From NCBI GenBank assembly GCA_038087875.1, contig CM075992.1:1490001-1554000 (forward strand): 64,000 nucleotides of DNA, given 5' to 3'. Both the position numbers and the translations under genes were made by a program. Under the pieces are notes generated by a model that was not told the origin of the DNA, did no database searches, and was given only the letters and a program-made list of their open reading frames with translations. Positions 25,749-39,167 of the stretch are shown in pieces; within the stretch, counting starts at the first letter, position 1; every line of letters begins with the position of its first letter. This stretch comes from Malacoraja senta. Its lineage: Eukaryota.

Positions 25749-26617
25749 ATTTAAAAGGAGTGAATTGGGACATGTTGTTTTATGGGAAGGATGTAGAAGA
25801 GAAATGGAGGACATTTAAAGGTGACATTTTAAGAATACACAATCTTTATGTTCCTGTTCGGTTGAAAAGAAATAGTAAAAATTGGAAAGAGATATGGTTG
25901 TCAAGGGAAATTGGACACTTGGTTTGGAAAAAGAGAGAGAGAGATCTACAATAATTATAGGCAGCATGGAGCAAATGAGGTGCTTGAAGAGTATAAAGAA
26001 TGTAAAAAGAATATTAAGAAAGAAATTAGAAAAGCTAAAAGAAGATATGAGGTTGCTTTGGCAAGTAAAGTGAAAGTAAATCCAAAGAGTGGACAGCTAT
26101 CTGCAGAGCCAAAAGAGATGGGGGAGATATTGAACAATTTATTTTCTTCGGTATTCACCAAGGAGAAGGATATTGAATTATGTGAGGTAAGGGAAACAAC
26201 CAGAGTAGCAATGGAAACTAGGAGTTTCAAAGAAGAGGAGGTGCGGGTGGACACTTTTGTAAAAATATGATAAGGTTAAGGGGGGACTTGATAGAGGTCT
26301 TTCAAATGATGAGCGGGTTAGACAGAGTTGACGTGGATAAGCTTTTCCCATTGAGAGTAGGGAAGATTCAAACAAGGGGACATGACTTGAGAATTAAGGG
26401 ACAGAAGTTTAGGGGTAACATGATAGTCCTGCCATCCCAGGAATCAGTCTGGTGAACCTTCTCTGTACCCCCTCTATGGCAAGAATGTCTTTCCTCAGAT
26501 TAGGGAGACCAAAACTGTACGCAACGCTCCAGGTGTGGTCTCACCAAGACCATGTACAACTGCAGTAGAACCTCCCTGCTCCTATACTCAAATCCTTTTG
26601 CTATGAATGCTAACATA
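25749..26617. mobile_element. CR1 fragments (duplicate of 3510-4378)
   Basis: Identical ORF translations. Confidence 0.85.
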
Positions 26618-28146
26618 GAGTGTCTGTCTGTCTGTCTCTCTCTCTCCCTCTATCCCCCTCCCCTCCCCTCCCTCTCCCCCTCTCTCTCTCTCTCCCTCTC
26701 TCTCCCTCTCCACCTCCCCCCCCTCCCCCTCCCTCTCCCTCTCTCTCTCCCTCTCCCTCTCTCTCTCTCCCTCTCTCCCTCTCTCCCTCTCTCTCTCTCC
26801 CTCTCTCCCTCTCTCTCTCTCTCCCTCTTTCCCTCTCCCTCTCCCTTCAGTCCACCTGCACAACCTTTGGCCGTCTGAGGAGAAGAGTGTTTGGACTTCA
26901 AAATGGGGTTAAGTTTCAAGGTTTGCTGGGAGATTTGGTCAAATTGGAATTAGCTCTGTGGGACAGACAGGCTGCGAGCGAGAGATGCCTGGAAATCTGG
27001 AACAGATACAATTTGCATGCAAAGAATTGGAAACCTTGCAAACCCTGTCAAATGCATAGAATGGATTGGATGGCTGCAAACCTGGACATTCACCTTGTAA
27101 ATAGGTTGTAAGTAATGTTGCAGAGTGTGACTCTGCTAAGTGTTGATTAGATGGATGGGGTGTTGAGCCTTGTCTGAGTGTTCTGTTCATCAGGGTAAAT
27201 GTTTCCAAATTGACTTCATCTTGAAGTACGTTGTGAATACAATTCAATTCTGCCTTTACTGCCTGCCTGTGAGCCAGTGTCCCCCCCCCCCCCCCTCTCT
27301 CTCTCTCCAGTTCATTCCTTATAACCCAGTCCTACAGACAATTAAATTATCATAAATCCTTTTGCAAACTCTCTCATTTGCTAACAACCTTATTGTGCCA
27401 AACGCTGTATTTAATATCCTGACCTATAAAGCATGTGACAAACACATTCTTCACCACCCAACCTGCACTGTCAGTGTTGCATCTTCCATGGCACTGTATA
27501 CCTGCAGCCCGAGATCTCTCAGTTCTATAAAGTTCCCCGTTTACTGTGTATGTCCAGCCCTGGTTTGTCTCAGCAAAGTGCATCACCTCACCTTCACATG
27601 AATAAATCTGTCTGTCTTTTCGATAGAAGGTATACCCTTGAATATTCAGTTCCCAGCCCTGGCCCGATTCTGTTTGCTTGCTCCTTCCTACAAAAATGAA
27701 CAAAAAAAAAACCTATAGTGAAAACCCTATAATACACGAATTGTATAGTATGCGAATTGGGAAGCAATTAAAAAAGATTTAAAATGTGTATAATTTATCA
27801 CACTCTCTCTCTCTCTCTCTCTCCCCCCATTGTAAACAAGCCTACATCAGGGGGTATGGAGAGAAGGTAGGTACAGGATACTGAGTTGGATGATCAGCCA
27901 TGATCATATTGAATGGCGGTGCAGGCTCGAAGGGCTGAATGGCCTACTCCTGCACCTATTTTCTATGTGATGGAGGTATCAATGCAGGGACGGGAGGGTG
28001 TTGGCGCGGCTATCCTCCAGGCTGGTAGATGAGGTGCAGGAAGGGCTTGGGGCAAAGTCCACCTTGGGGGAGAAGGGTGTGTAGGGTTGATGCAGCTTGT
28101 AGTGCTGGGATTGGCATTGTACCTGCGGTCTCCTTTCCTCCCTCAG

Positions 28147-28371
28147 CCCGAGACCTCAGCGCCGGCCGCACTCTGCGTTGGGACCGCCCAGCCGACCTCC
28201 AGGGGTACGAGGACCAACTCCGGGACCCCCGTTGATTGCCGTCCCAGCGCAGCCGTTTGGAGCTCCTCCCATCCCGTCAAGACCTATGCCCACCAACGAT
28301 GCCTTTGGGGCCCCTCCCCAGATCCCCTCCCGGCCGGCACGGATTCCACCCGGACCACCGGGGCTGCCCAG
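28147..28371 (+). CDS. DNM2: Dynamin-2 penultimate coding exon, copy 2 (orphan duplicate)
   Basis: Identical to 5907-6131 with intact splice sites. Confidence 0.85.
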
Positions 28372-28994
28372 GTAGGTGGAAACCCTTCCCTGGGATCCAG
28401 CTTTGTGTGGATGCATCCAGAGAAGCTGCAGCTGAGAAGGAGACGTGTTTATCTCTTTTAGAATTTGCCTGTTGTCTGTCTGGGACGGGTTCCTATCTGT
28501 CCTCCAGTTTATGGGGGGAAGATGCCTGGCTCAGAGGCTCATTCACTTCTCTACCTGCATAGTCTCAGGCCTCTAACTGCTAGTCCCGTGGAGCTGAAGT
28601 GGCAGGCAGACAAATCCAGGGCAAAAATCAAAAAGGGCCACTTTTCAACATAATTGTATAAGGGGTAAGAGCGTTGTAAAAAGCCTGAAGGCTTTGTGTC
28701 TCAATGCAAGGAGCATTCGTAATAAGGTGGATGAGTTGAACGTGCAGATAGCTATTAAATGATTATGATATAATTGGGATGACGGAGACATGGCTCCAGG
28801 GTGACCAAGGCTGGGAGCTGAACATCCAGGGATATTCAATATTCAGGAGGGATAGAGAGAAAGGAAAAGGAGGTGGGGTAGCGTTGCTGGTTAGAGAGGA
28901 GATTAACGCAATAGAAAGGAAGGGGACGTGTTTATCTCTTTTAGAATTTGCCTGTTGTGTCTATTGACCCCCAGTTTTGTTTTGTCTCCTTCAG

Positions 28995-29064
28995 CAGAAG
29001 ACCACCCGCTGCTCCGAACCGGCCCACAATTATCCGGACATCCGAGCAATCCCTACTGGATTAA
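28995..29064 (+). CDS. DNM2: Dynamin-2 last coding exon, copy 2 (orphan duplicate)
   Basis: Identical to 6754-6823: RRPPAAPNRPTIIRTSEQSLLD*. Confidence 0.85.
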
Positions 29065-31536
29065 ACAGTGGGATTTATCTATCCTGTGAAGCATTTTCTT
29101 GTAGGCTATAGTTGATTAGCCCTACCTTTGCCTATTTGACCGCTGAGGGGCATTAGCGGTGTGAAGCACAGGATCCACAGGGCTGGCTGCGTTTTCCCAA
29201 GTGTAATCCCGACCTCTTGCCTTTTCACTCGAGCTGGAAGCACTAGAGAAGATCTTAAGTGAACTTTATTTAAACAAAGATTGACCTCTTGGTTTTGTTT
29301 CCCTGAACACCAGACTCACGGACACGATATCTCTCGCTCGTTGCTCCACTGATCTGCCCTGTTGAGAAACTTTGCACTTGCCAAATAAGCAGCAAAAAAT
29401 TGTTTTATGCCTTTTCCCACTTCCTGGTTGACGGTGCCACTGTATGCGAATGGGTTGTAACCACACAACGTCTGGTCTCTCTCTGGGCATCTTTTGCATT
29501 GCTACTGCCTTCCCAAACTTCAAGCCAGTAGCCCAGGAACCTTGCTCCATTCCACCTCCGTTCCACTCCTGCTGGGAGTAATGGGGAGCCTCCACGGTTG
29601 CAGCATCCCCACTTGAGATTTGTGGCGTTTAATGATCCCGCAAAAACGGATTTGGGATCATGAATGACGTGGCATTGGAGCGGTCAGCAAGCGGGAATCG
29701 TGCGAGATGAATTGAGGGGATACAGCAGTAACCTACCCCTTGGACGCAGGAGGGGGGCAGGAGAGGGGTGGGTTGAAGGGACGGAGTGTGAAGCGGTGCT
29801 GGTAAAGTATCAGTGAGTGAGATCTCTGACTGAGGATGATGCTAGAGGGAGGGGGTTGTGCCGGCAGGCAGCAATGCTGAGAGTCCGTGCACAGACAGCT
29901 GCAAGCAGGGGTCCACCAGTGGCTGATTGCTGTGTTCTCTTGGCAGACAATCAGTCAGTGCCATCTAACTTCCAATTTAATCTCAGATTCCAGGGTCTAA
30001 AGGAGCCAAGGTTGATGGATCCAAGGTCATGTGGATGAGTGTGGAGTTGTAGTCGTGCTACTTCCTCCGGGATCTACCTTTGTGCCTCATTTATTTCTAG
30101 TTAACTACTAGCTGAGAAAGGGCCGGATGGACCTGAAGCCTCATGCTAAACCCATCCCGTAACGCCCCTTTTAGCTGTTGCAGGTAGAGTTGATGTCAGC
30201 TTTACTTGAGCTGAATATCATGCTGGAAATAAGATGTCCACACTCTAGGTGGGACTGGTTAGACCCTTAATACTAATTAACCTGCTCTATATCTGAGCTT
30301 TGTCCCAGCTTTCCAGCACTGGTTATCAAGTTGGAATCTGTTTTGCTGACTATTTTCACAAGTATAAATTCTTGTTGTACATAACCCTGTTCATTGATTG
30401 TGACAATATTCAGCTACGGGGGTGGTGTTGTGTTGTTGGTTGTCTGTCCTATCAGCTACTGCTAAACAAAAACCTATTCCCCTGTTACAAACTGGGCATT
30501 AACTTCTAACCTACCACATTCTCTGGAATCAGGAACAGTGTAAGAATAGAGCTTCCTCGAGACTGTAATCAGATTATCTCCTTATCCTCCCCACTCACCA
30601 TCAAACTCAAAAGTCCATGGTAAGGTTGTCGAAAGCAGAATGGAATCGCATTTGAGAGTCCTCTGTGCATTCGTTGGGAGTGGGTTAAAAGCAAGGTTCA
30701 CCCAATCCTACCCTAGAAATTGTTTTTTTTTTCAGATATCCTTATGGTCCTGCAGTCCTGACTTGGTGGGAGCAGTTTTATATAAAATATATATATTAGT
30801 TATTGAATCAAAACTAATTTCTCTCACTTTTAGAGGGAGAATTTGCTGGGTCTAATCCTTGAAACTTGATCACTTTTGCAATAAAGAGAATGCCACTGTA
30901 GTGTGGAGCAAGGGTTCCACAATGTTTCCGGGAGATTCAGCACCAAACTCCTGGTGGTTTTTGTAATATAAATGGCAAAATCTGATCAGCGATCTTTCCA
31001 TTCTAATTTCTAGAAGCAAAAAAAAATAACTGAATTAATTAACTGTTTTACAAAATAGTGAGTGACAGATTGTTTCCGATTATTATTTCATCACATGTTC
31101 ATATCGGGGTTTCTGTTTCATCTAACAGATACCCGAGAATGTTTCCTCTCCTGCTGTGTGATTCTATTGACTGTTAACTGATTTGAAATGAAGTGCCTGC
31201 ATTCTGTACGGTAATGAATTGAAATAAAGGGATCGACGGTAGAAGGAGATTTCCTTGTGTCTCTGTTTTCCTTTTTTTCCTGGCTTTGGTTTCTTGGGGG
31301 TGGGGGTGGGGGGGGAACAGCAATCTTGCATCAAGCTGGCAATGGTAGATGGGACTCGGGGGAAGAAAAAAGAAAGAAGTGTTGGGCACGGACTTGAAGG
31401 GCCGAGATGACCTGTTTCCGTGCTGTAATTGTTATATGGTTATTGTCACTAAAAAGTGGGGAAAAGGCCAAAATGCTCTCTCTCTCTCTCTCTCTGCCAC
31501 TTAAACCTTGCTCAACTCACCACAGTATGTTCCCCC

Positions 31537-31582
<46 letters not shown>

Positions 31583-31928
31583 CTGTACTGTGTGTTTTTA
31601 CTTACTCACTAACTGACCGCAGTCTAATTCTGCCTTTATTGCCTGTGAGATCCAGGATTGACCATCAAGTTCCTTTATCCTCCTTCATTCTTTTGATCTG
31701 TAGAGTTGAAAAAGAGGAAACATTTTCAAAAATTGATTCTCTGCACTTTCCCCCTTTTCTCTCTCTCTCTCTCTCTCTCTCCCCCCGTTTTGGGCAGTAT
31801 TCCTCCATATCTATCTATCTATCGATCAATCAATCAATCTTTGATAAATATATATTAGAATATAGTAAAATATATAATTGTCTGATAGATACAGGGATAT
31901 TTCAATCCCCAGCTACCTCTCTCTCTCT

Positions 31929-32037
31929 GTCTGCGTTCGGCTCTCGACGTCACCGCTCGGGTCTGCGTTCGGCTCTCGACGTCACCGCTCGGGTCTGCGT
32001 TCGGCTCTCGACGTCACCGCTCGGGTCTGCGTTCGGC
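31929..32037. repeat. 32-bp CpG-rich tandem repeat (GTCTGCGTTCGGCTCTCGACGTCACCGCTCGG), about 3.4 copies
   Basis: Unit starts at 31929, 31961, 31993 and 32025. Confidence 0.92.
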
Positions 32038-32213
32038 CCGCTCGGCTCTCGGCACATGCGCACTGCCACCGGCAACTGGTCGGCGTCGGCCACTTTCTCC
32101 CTCCCTTTGCATTGTGGGAGTTCTGGCCGCCATTGCTGTCGATTTGTCCGGCTCTCGACTCGGCTCTGCGTTCGGCTCTCAGGTCATCAGCTCGGGTCTC
32201 GGGTTCTCCTCTC

Positions 32214-32450
32214 GGACACTGGCCTTCTCCCGGCGCTGGACACTGGCTTCTCCGGCTGCTGGACACTGGCTTCTCCGGCTGCTGGACACTGGCCTTCTCC
32301 GGCTGCTGGACACTGGCTTCTACGGCCGCTTGACACTGGCTTCTCCGGCCGCTGGACACTGGCTTCTCCGGCTGCTGGACACTGGCTGGAGGGAGAGACA
32401 GAGAGGAGACAGGGGGAGAGTGACAGAGAGTGAGAGGCAGGCACCCTAAT
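32214..32450 (-). repeat. Short 23-bp minisatellite array (arm B orientation) plus conserved anchor
   Basis: TGGACACTGGCTTCTCCGGC units followed by GGCTGGAGGGAGAGACAGAG...GAGGCAGGCACCCTAAT, as at 71-127. Confidence 0.9.
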
Positions 32451-32493
32451 CCACCCCCTCTCTCCCTCTCTCTCTCTCTCTCTCACACCACAC

Positions 32494-32880
32494 CTTCAGT
32501 CCACCTGCACAACCTTTGTCCGTCTGAGGAGAAGAGTGTTTGGACTTCAAAATGGTGTTTGCTGGGAGATTTGGTCAAATTGGAATAGCTCTGTGGGACA
32601 GACAGGCTGCGAGCAGCGAGAGATGCCTGGAAATCTGGAACAGATACAATTTTCATGCAAAGAATTGGAAACCTTGCAAACCCTGTCAAATGCATAGAAT
32701 GGATTGGATGGCTGCAAACTTGACATTCACCTTGTAAATAGGTTGTAAGTAATGTTGCAGAGTGTGACTCTGCTAAGTGTTGATTGGATGGATGGGGTGT
32801 TGAGCCTTGTCTGGGTGTTCTGTTCATCAGGGTAAATGTTTCCAAGTTGACTTCATCTTGAAGTACGTTGTGAATACAAT
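32494..32880 (+). repeat. Third, more diverged copy of 4605-5002
   Basis: CCTTCAGTCCACCTGCACAACCTTTG...GTACGTTGTGAATACAAT with small indels; the start resembles the RTE-type FGRLRRRVF motif. Confidence 0.85.
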
Positions 32881-33047
32881 GTATTGAATTGTTGTATCAT
32901 TGGGTTAGGGAAATGCATGTTATGTATGGGGTTAATCGATATTTGTAATCGGGTGATTAAGAGACAACCCCCGTGTGGTTCGGCCCTCGAGTTCGCGGGG
33001 AATATAAAAGTCCCTGGTCACTAGGCTCAGGGTGTGTGTGTGTGTGA

Positions 33048-33078
<31 letters not shown>

Positions 33079-33378
33079 TAGGGTGCCTGCCTTCTCTCTC
33101 TCTCTCTCTGCCTGCCAGCCTCTGCCTGCACACATTCCCCACCCTGTCTAGGACTGTGGTATGAAATGTTGATTTCTCTAACTTCAGGTAGCCCCGGCAT
33201 TCCCTCTCTCTCTCTTTCCCTCCCCCACCCAAGTCACACTAGTTTCTCATTTTCACCTAACAAATAGCTAACAATGGCCTGTTTCATCTCATCGTTATTT
33301 GTTTTGCATATCTTCCATTCATTGTTCTTTATCTATTTACATCATCGCCTATATCTCTTGTTTCCATTATCCATAACC

Positions 33379-34465
33379 AGGATAAGGGGGAAGTCTTTTA
33401 GGACCGAGATGAGAAAATCATTTTTTACACAGAGAGTTGTGAATCTGTGGAATTCTCTGCCACAGAAGGTAGTTGAGGCCAGTTCATTGGCTATATTTAA
33501 GAGGGAGTTAGATGTGGCCCTTGTGGCTAAAGGGATCAGGGGGTATGGAGAGAAGGCAGGTACGGGATACTGAGTTGGATGATCAGCCATGATCATATCG
33601 AATGATGGTGCATGCTCGAAGGGCCGAATGGCCTACTCCTGCACCTATTTTCTATGTTTCTATGTTTCTATCTCAAAGCACTTAACCAAATGAATATTTT
33701 CAAACTTCTGAAGAAGGGTCTCGACCCGAAACGTCACCTATTCCTTCGTTCTATAGATGCTGCCTCACCCGCTGAGTTTCTCCAGCATTTTTGTCCACCT
33801 TCGATTTTTCCAGCATCTGCAGTTCCTTCTTCAACATTTTCAAACTATAGTCACTTGTAATATATGATTTGCTTTAACTAATTAATGCTTTGACTAACGA
33901 TCCCCACACACTAACACTATCCTACACACACTAGGGACAATTTACAATTATACCAAGCCAATTAACCTACAAACCTGTAAGTCTTTGGCCAAAATTTTTA
34001 TTGTTTGGCTATATGGACATGAGGCTGCAAAGTGGACAAGATACAAAAACATATCGAATGGCAGAACATGTGCCATTACGCTGCTTCAATTTTTAAACTT
34101 TTGATGTGAAAAGTGAATTTTACAAAGATATTTCTAAAATTGGCCAATTGCCATATTATCTTTTTCTGATATCTAGTGACAGGATGCCTAATGTACGCTG
34201 AGCAAGTTCTCGACCTGAAACGTCACCTTTTCCTTTTCTCCAGAGATGCTCCCTGTCCCGCTGAGTTACTCCAGCTTTTTGTGTCTATCTTCGGTATAAA
34301 CCAGCATCTGCAGTTCCTTCCTGCACGGCATGTGACATCTAACGGGGACACGACACTCACACTGAGAAGAATCACAATCACGAGTACATGGTCCAGTTAT
34401 TACGAGGGAACGTCATAGTGTACTGAGGACACCTGGTGGATACAGCATGTGTAGGAAGGAACTGC
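33379..34465 (+). repeat. About 1.09-kb block (CR1 tail, Penelope-derived and HE1 pieces, unique sequence) duplicated in inverted orientation at 52102-53187
   Basis: Mirror ORFs 33612+/52733- and 34176+/52149-; junctions between TE pieces and unique sequence are shared. Confidence 0.92.
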
Positions 34466-35204
34466 AGATGTTCGTTTAAACCGAAGATAACAACCAGCTA
34501 ACAATGGCCTATGGCCCCATAGCAGAAGGGTCCACGTGGCGGGGCTGGAAACTGGAAGTATCCTGAGCTATTGCAACAAGTGATGGCTCCCACTGATTGT
34601 CGCCGGAAGCTTGCGTCCTTTTCAGGACGGACGATGACAACGAGGTCAACATTTGAAACATGGAAGATGGTCACGGAAGAAGAAGGACAATGGCCTGTTT
34701 TCTTTATCATCATTACTTTTATCCATAAAAGCCATAAAAATATTCATTGACGGCCTCCACAACCTTCCATGACACAGAATTCCATAGATTCACCACCCTT
34801 GTTCCTTGGTCAGGAGGTAATGCGGGCAAGGCAGAGGATCAGTCATGATATTATTGAGCCGTTTAGTATGCAGAATATTTAAAGGGACGTGTAACTTTCT
34901 CCTGTTCTTGTTTTGAATAAAAATATCAGAGGGGTGGGGAGGTCACGACATTCAGTGCCACCAGCAGGTGGAACCAGTGAAGGGAAGGTTTGCTTGAGAA
35001 ACGTATCTGTCAAACTCAAAGCAGAACATTGTAGTCCCCTACTCCAGTAGTAGATGATGTGGAAAAAAAGGTACTGCGTGCAGAATGTTCTAAAAGCCCT
35101 GGGCAGCTAATGATAAAAGAGAGGTGGGAAAAGAGAGGGGAAAAAATATAAATGAAAGGCACTTTGTACCTGTCCAGGTTCTCCTGAGATGCTACCTGAC
35201 CCAC

Positions 35205-35572
35205 TGAGAGATTGTTAAGGGCTTGGACACGCTAGAGGCAGGAAACATGTTCCAGATGTTGGGGGGAGTCCAGAACCAGGGGCCCACACAGTTTAAGAAT
35301 AAGGAGTAAGCCAGTTAGAACGGAGACGAGGAAACACTTTTTCTCACAGAGAGTGGTGAGTCTGTGGAATTCTCTGCCTCAGAGGGCGGTGGAGGCGGGT
35401 TCTCTGGATACTTTCAGAGGGAGCTAGATAGGGCTCTTAAAGATAGCGGAGTCAGGGGAAATGGGGAGAAGGCAGGAACGGGGTACTGATTGGGGATGAT
35501 CAGCCATGATCACATTGAATGGTGGTGCTGGCTCGAAGGGCCGAATGGCCTACTCCTGCACCTATTGTCTAT
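35205..35572 (+). mobile_element. CR1 3' fragment
   Basis: GAGTGGTGAGTCTGTGGAATTCTCTGCCTCAGAGGG...GGCCGAATGGCCTACTCCTGCACCTATTGTCTATTG tail. Confidence 0.85.
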
Positions 35573-35724
35573 TGAGTTACTCCAGCACTTTGTACCTATC
35601 CAAGTTCTCCAGAAATGCTGCCTGACCCACTGAGTTACTCCAGCACTTTGTACCTGTCCAGGTTCTCCAGAGATGCTGCCTGTCCCACTGAGTTACTCCA
35701 GCATTTAGTGTCTATCTACTCTCC

Positions 35725-36877
35725 GAAGACTACGTAAAGCAGGTCTCCCCACTACACACCTACGAACTTTTTATAGGGGGACAATCGAGAGCACATTAAC
35801 CTACGGCATCACTTCCTGGTTCGGGAGCTGCAAGGCGTACGAACGGCACCAACTAGACAGGATTGTGAAGACCGCCAGCAGGATTATTGGTGCTCCACTC
35901 CCTTTCCTGCTGGACATATACAGGAAGAGATGTATCAGCAGAGCCATCTCCATCATCAAAGACCCCCTACCACCCATCCCATCACATATTCTCCATCCTG
36001 CCATCTGGGAAGAGCATTAGGTGCAAAACCAGCAGGATGCCAGCTGATCAGCTCTAGATGTCAGCTGATCTACATCGGTGAGACCAAGCGGAGGCTTGGC
36101 GATCGTTTCGCCGAACACCTCCGGTCGGTCCGCAATAACCAACCTGAACTCCCGGTGGCTCAGCACTTCAACTCCCCCTCCCATTCCGTATCTGACCTCT
36201 CTGTCCTGGGTCTCCTCCATGGCCACAGCGAGCAACACCGTAAATTGGAGGAAATGCACCTCATATTCCGCTTGGGCAGTCTACACCCTGGGGGCCTCAA
36301 CATTGAATTCTCCCAATTCTGCTAGCCCTTGCTGTCCCCTCCCCTTCATCAGCCATCTGGTTGTCTCCTCCCCTCCCCCAGCCCTCGGGCTCCTCCTCCG
36401 CCTTTTTCCTTTTTTCCTTTCTTCTCCCCACCCCCTATCAGTCTGAAGAAGGGTTTCGGCCCGAAACGTCGCCTATTTCCTTCGCTCCATAGATGCTGCT
36501 GCACCCGCTGAGTTTCTCCAGCATTTTTGTGTACCTTCGATTTTCCAGCATCTGCAGTTCCTTCTTTAACAGGATGCTCCTCAGCTTCTTCCCGCAGGTT
36601 ATAAGACTGATAAATGGACTTTGTCCCCCCTGCCAAAGTATCGTGCACCAACCACCAACCTGGACACACTGCAGCAGAGCCACTGTCGTGCCGCTGCCGA
36701 TCGGAACGCCTGTTGATGTTTAGTAGAGAGTAGAGTGTTAATTTGTTCATGATAGATGTATTTTTACTTCTATTTATTTTTTTACTGCACACACTGAAAT
36801 GGACACTGGTTGAGGAACGTTTTTTTTGTTTCCTCTGGGTATGTGAATACTCAGGAAATGACAATAAAGATATACAA
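35725..36877 (+). mobile_element. Old Rex-Babar-type LINE 3' end, interrupted by a Penelope insertion
   Basis: ESTLTYGITSWFGSCK...RIVKTASRIIG...HPSHHIFSILPSG...TSRM resumes after 36570 as RMLLSFFPQVIRLING; tail ATGACAATAAAGATATACAA. Confidence 0.8.
36041..36569 (+). mobile_element. Penelope-like element 3' fragment (GIY-YIG endonuclease remnant plus terminal repeat)
   Basis: RCQLIYIGETKRRLGDRFAEHLRSVR...PVAQHFNS...LIFRLGSLHPGGLNIEF; flanked by direct repeat CAGGATGC at 36033-36040 and 36570-36577. Confidence 0.88.
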
Positions 36878-39167
36878 CTCCACTGTTGTGACTGCAGCCT
36901 ATATTCCTCCTGATGCTAATGCCAAGCTTGCAATGAAAGATCTGCATTCTGCCATTAGCAAACAACAGACTCACAACCCCGAGGCAGCCTTCATTGTTGC
37001 GGGTGACTTCAATCACTCCAACCTGAAGACTGTACTCCCCAAATTCCACCAACATGTCTCCTTCGCCACTAGAGAAGGCAAGACACTGGACAAAGTCTAC
37101 ACCAACATGGCTGAAGCTTACAAAGCCGTCCCCCTCCCCCACCTTGGACAGTCTGATCACCTCTCATTGTTCCTGCTCCCAAAGTACTCCCCACTCATCA
37201 GACGGGTTAAACCCACTGTGAGGACAGTTAAAGTCTGGTCAGAGGATGCGGACTCCACACTTCAGCAGTGTTTTGGAAACACTGACTGGAAGGCGTTTGC
37301 AGCCCAGGCCACCCTTGACTCCCACACGGACATTGACTCCTATACATCCTCTGTTCTGGACTTTATAAACTCCACCATCAACAGTGTCACCTCCCTCAAA
37401 CGGGTGACCATATTCCCGAATCAGAAGCCATGGATGAACAGCGAGGTCAGGCTACTGCTGAAAGCACGGGACACCGCTTTCAGGTCAGGCGATGCCCGAG
37501 CCTATAGTTCATCCAGGGCTAACCTGAAGAAGGGCATAAAGAAGGCCAAGCACTGCCATAAGCTCAGGATTGAGGAGCACTTCAACAACAACTCCGACCC
37601 CCGACGCATGTGGCAAGGCATCCAGGCCATCACGGACTTTAGACCCACCAACACCACCCCCACATCCAGTAACGCCTCCTTCCTTGAGGAGCTCAACCAC
37701 TTCTATGGCCGTTTCGATAGGGACAATCGGCAGTTGGCCATCAAGGCGGTACTCCCTGCCGATCACCAGCCCCTCTCACTCACCCCCTTCGACGTGTACG
37801 TGGCACTGAGTAGGACTAATGCACGTAAGGCTGCTGGCCCCGACGGCATCCCCGGGCGCGTCCTCAGGGCCTGTGCTGCGCAGCTGACAGACGTCTGGAC
37901 TGACATCTTCAACCTGTCACTTGCCCAAGCAGTTGTGCCCACGTGCCTTAAATCCACCTCCATCGTGCCGGTGCCAAAACATTCCACTGCGGCAAGCCTC
38001 AACGACTTCCGCCCAGTTGCACTTACTCCCATCATCGCCAAGTGCTTCGAGAGGCTGGTCCTGGCACACCTCAAAGGCTGCCTACCCCCCACATTGGATC
38101 CCTATCAGTTTGCCTACCGCAAGAACAGGAGTACGGAGGATGCCATCTCAACGGCACTCCACTCTGCCCTCTCCCACCTCGACAACAGAGACACTTACGT
38201 AAGAATGCTGTTCATCGATTACAGCTCAGCATTCAACACCATCATACCCTCTAAACTGATCACCAAACTCGGTGACCTGGGCATCGACCCCTCCCTCTGC
38301 AACTGGATACTGGACTTTCTAACCAACAGACCCCAGTCTGTTAGATTAGACAAGCACACCTCTTCAACCCTCACCCTGAACACCGGCGTTCCACAGGGCT
38401 GTGTGCTGAGCCCCCTCCTCTACTCCCTCTTCACCTACGACTGCACACCTGTACATGGTACTAACACCATCATCAAGTATGCAGATGATACAACGGTGAT
38501 TGGCCTCATCAGCAACAACGATGAGTCGGCCTATAGGGAGGAGGTCCAGCTCCTGGCAGCATGGTGCGCTGACAACAACCTGGCCCTTAACTCCAAGAAG
38601 ACCAAGGAGCTCATTGTAGACTTCAGGAAGTCTAGGGGCGGCATGCACACCCCCATCCACATTAACGGGAGGGAGGTGGAACGTGTTTCCAGCTTCAGGT
38701 TCCTGGGGGTCAACATCTCCGATGACCTCTCTTGGACCAACAATACCTCAACTCTGGTCAAGAAGGCTCACCAGCGTCTCTTCTTCCTGAGGAGACTAAA
38801 GAAGGTCCATCTGTCTCCTCGGATTCTGGTGAACTTCTACCGCTGCACCATCGAGAGCATCCTTACCAACTGCATCACAGTATGGTATGGCAACTGCTCT
38901 GTCTCCGACCGGAAAGCACTGCAGAGGGTGGTGAAAACTGCCCAACGCATCACCGGTTCCTCACTCCCCACCATTGAGTCTGTCCAAAGCAAGCGTTGTC
39001 TGCGAAGGGCGCTCAGCATCGCCAAGGACTGCTCTCACCCCAACCACAGACTGTTTACCCTCCTACCATCCGGGACGCGCTACAGGTCTCTCCGTTGCCG
39101 GACCAGCAGGTCCAGGAACAGCTTCTTCCCTGCGGCGATTACAATACTCAACACTGTACCTCGGTGA
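36878..39167 (+). CDS. LINE ORF2: partial APE endonuclease plus complete reverse transcriptase (no native start codon)
   Basis: [78 protein letters not shown]; no stop codons in ORF 36810-39167. Confidence 0.9.

Noticed and set aside
36810..36877. N-terminal extension of the 785-aa ORF
   Set aside because: Derives from the 3' tail of the older element upstream of the ATACAA repeat; not a native start
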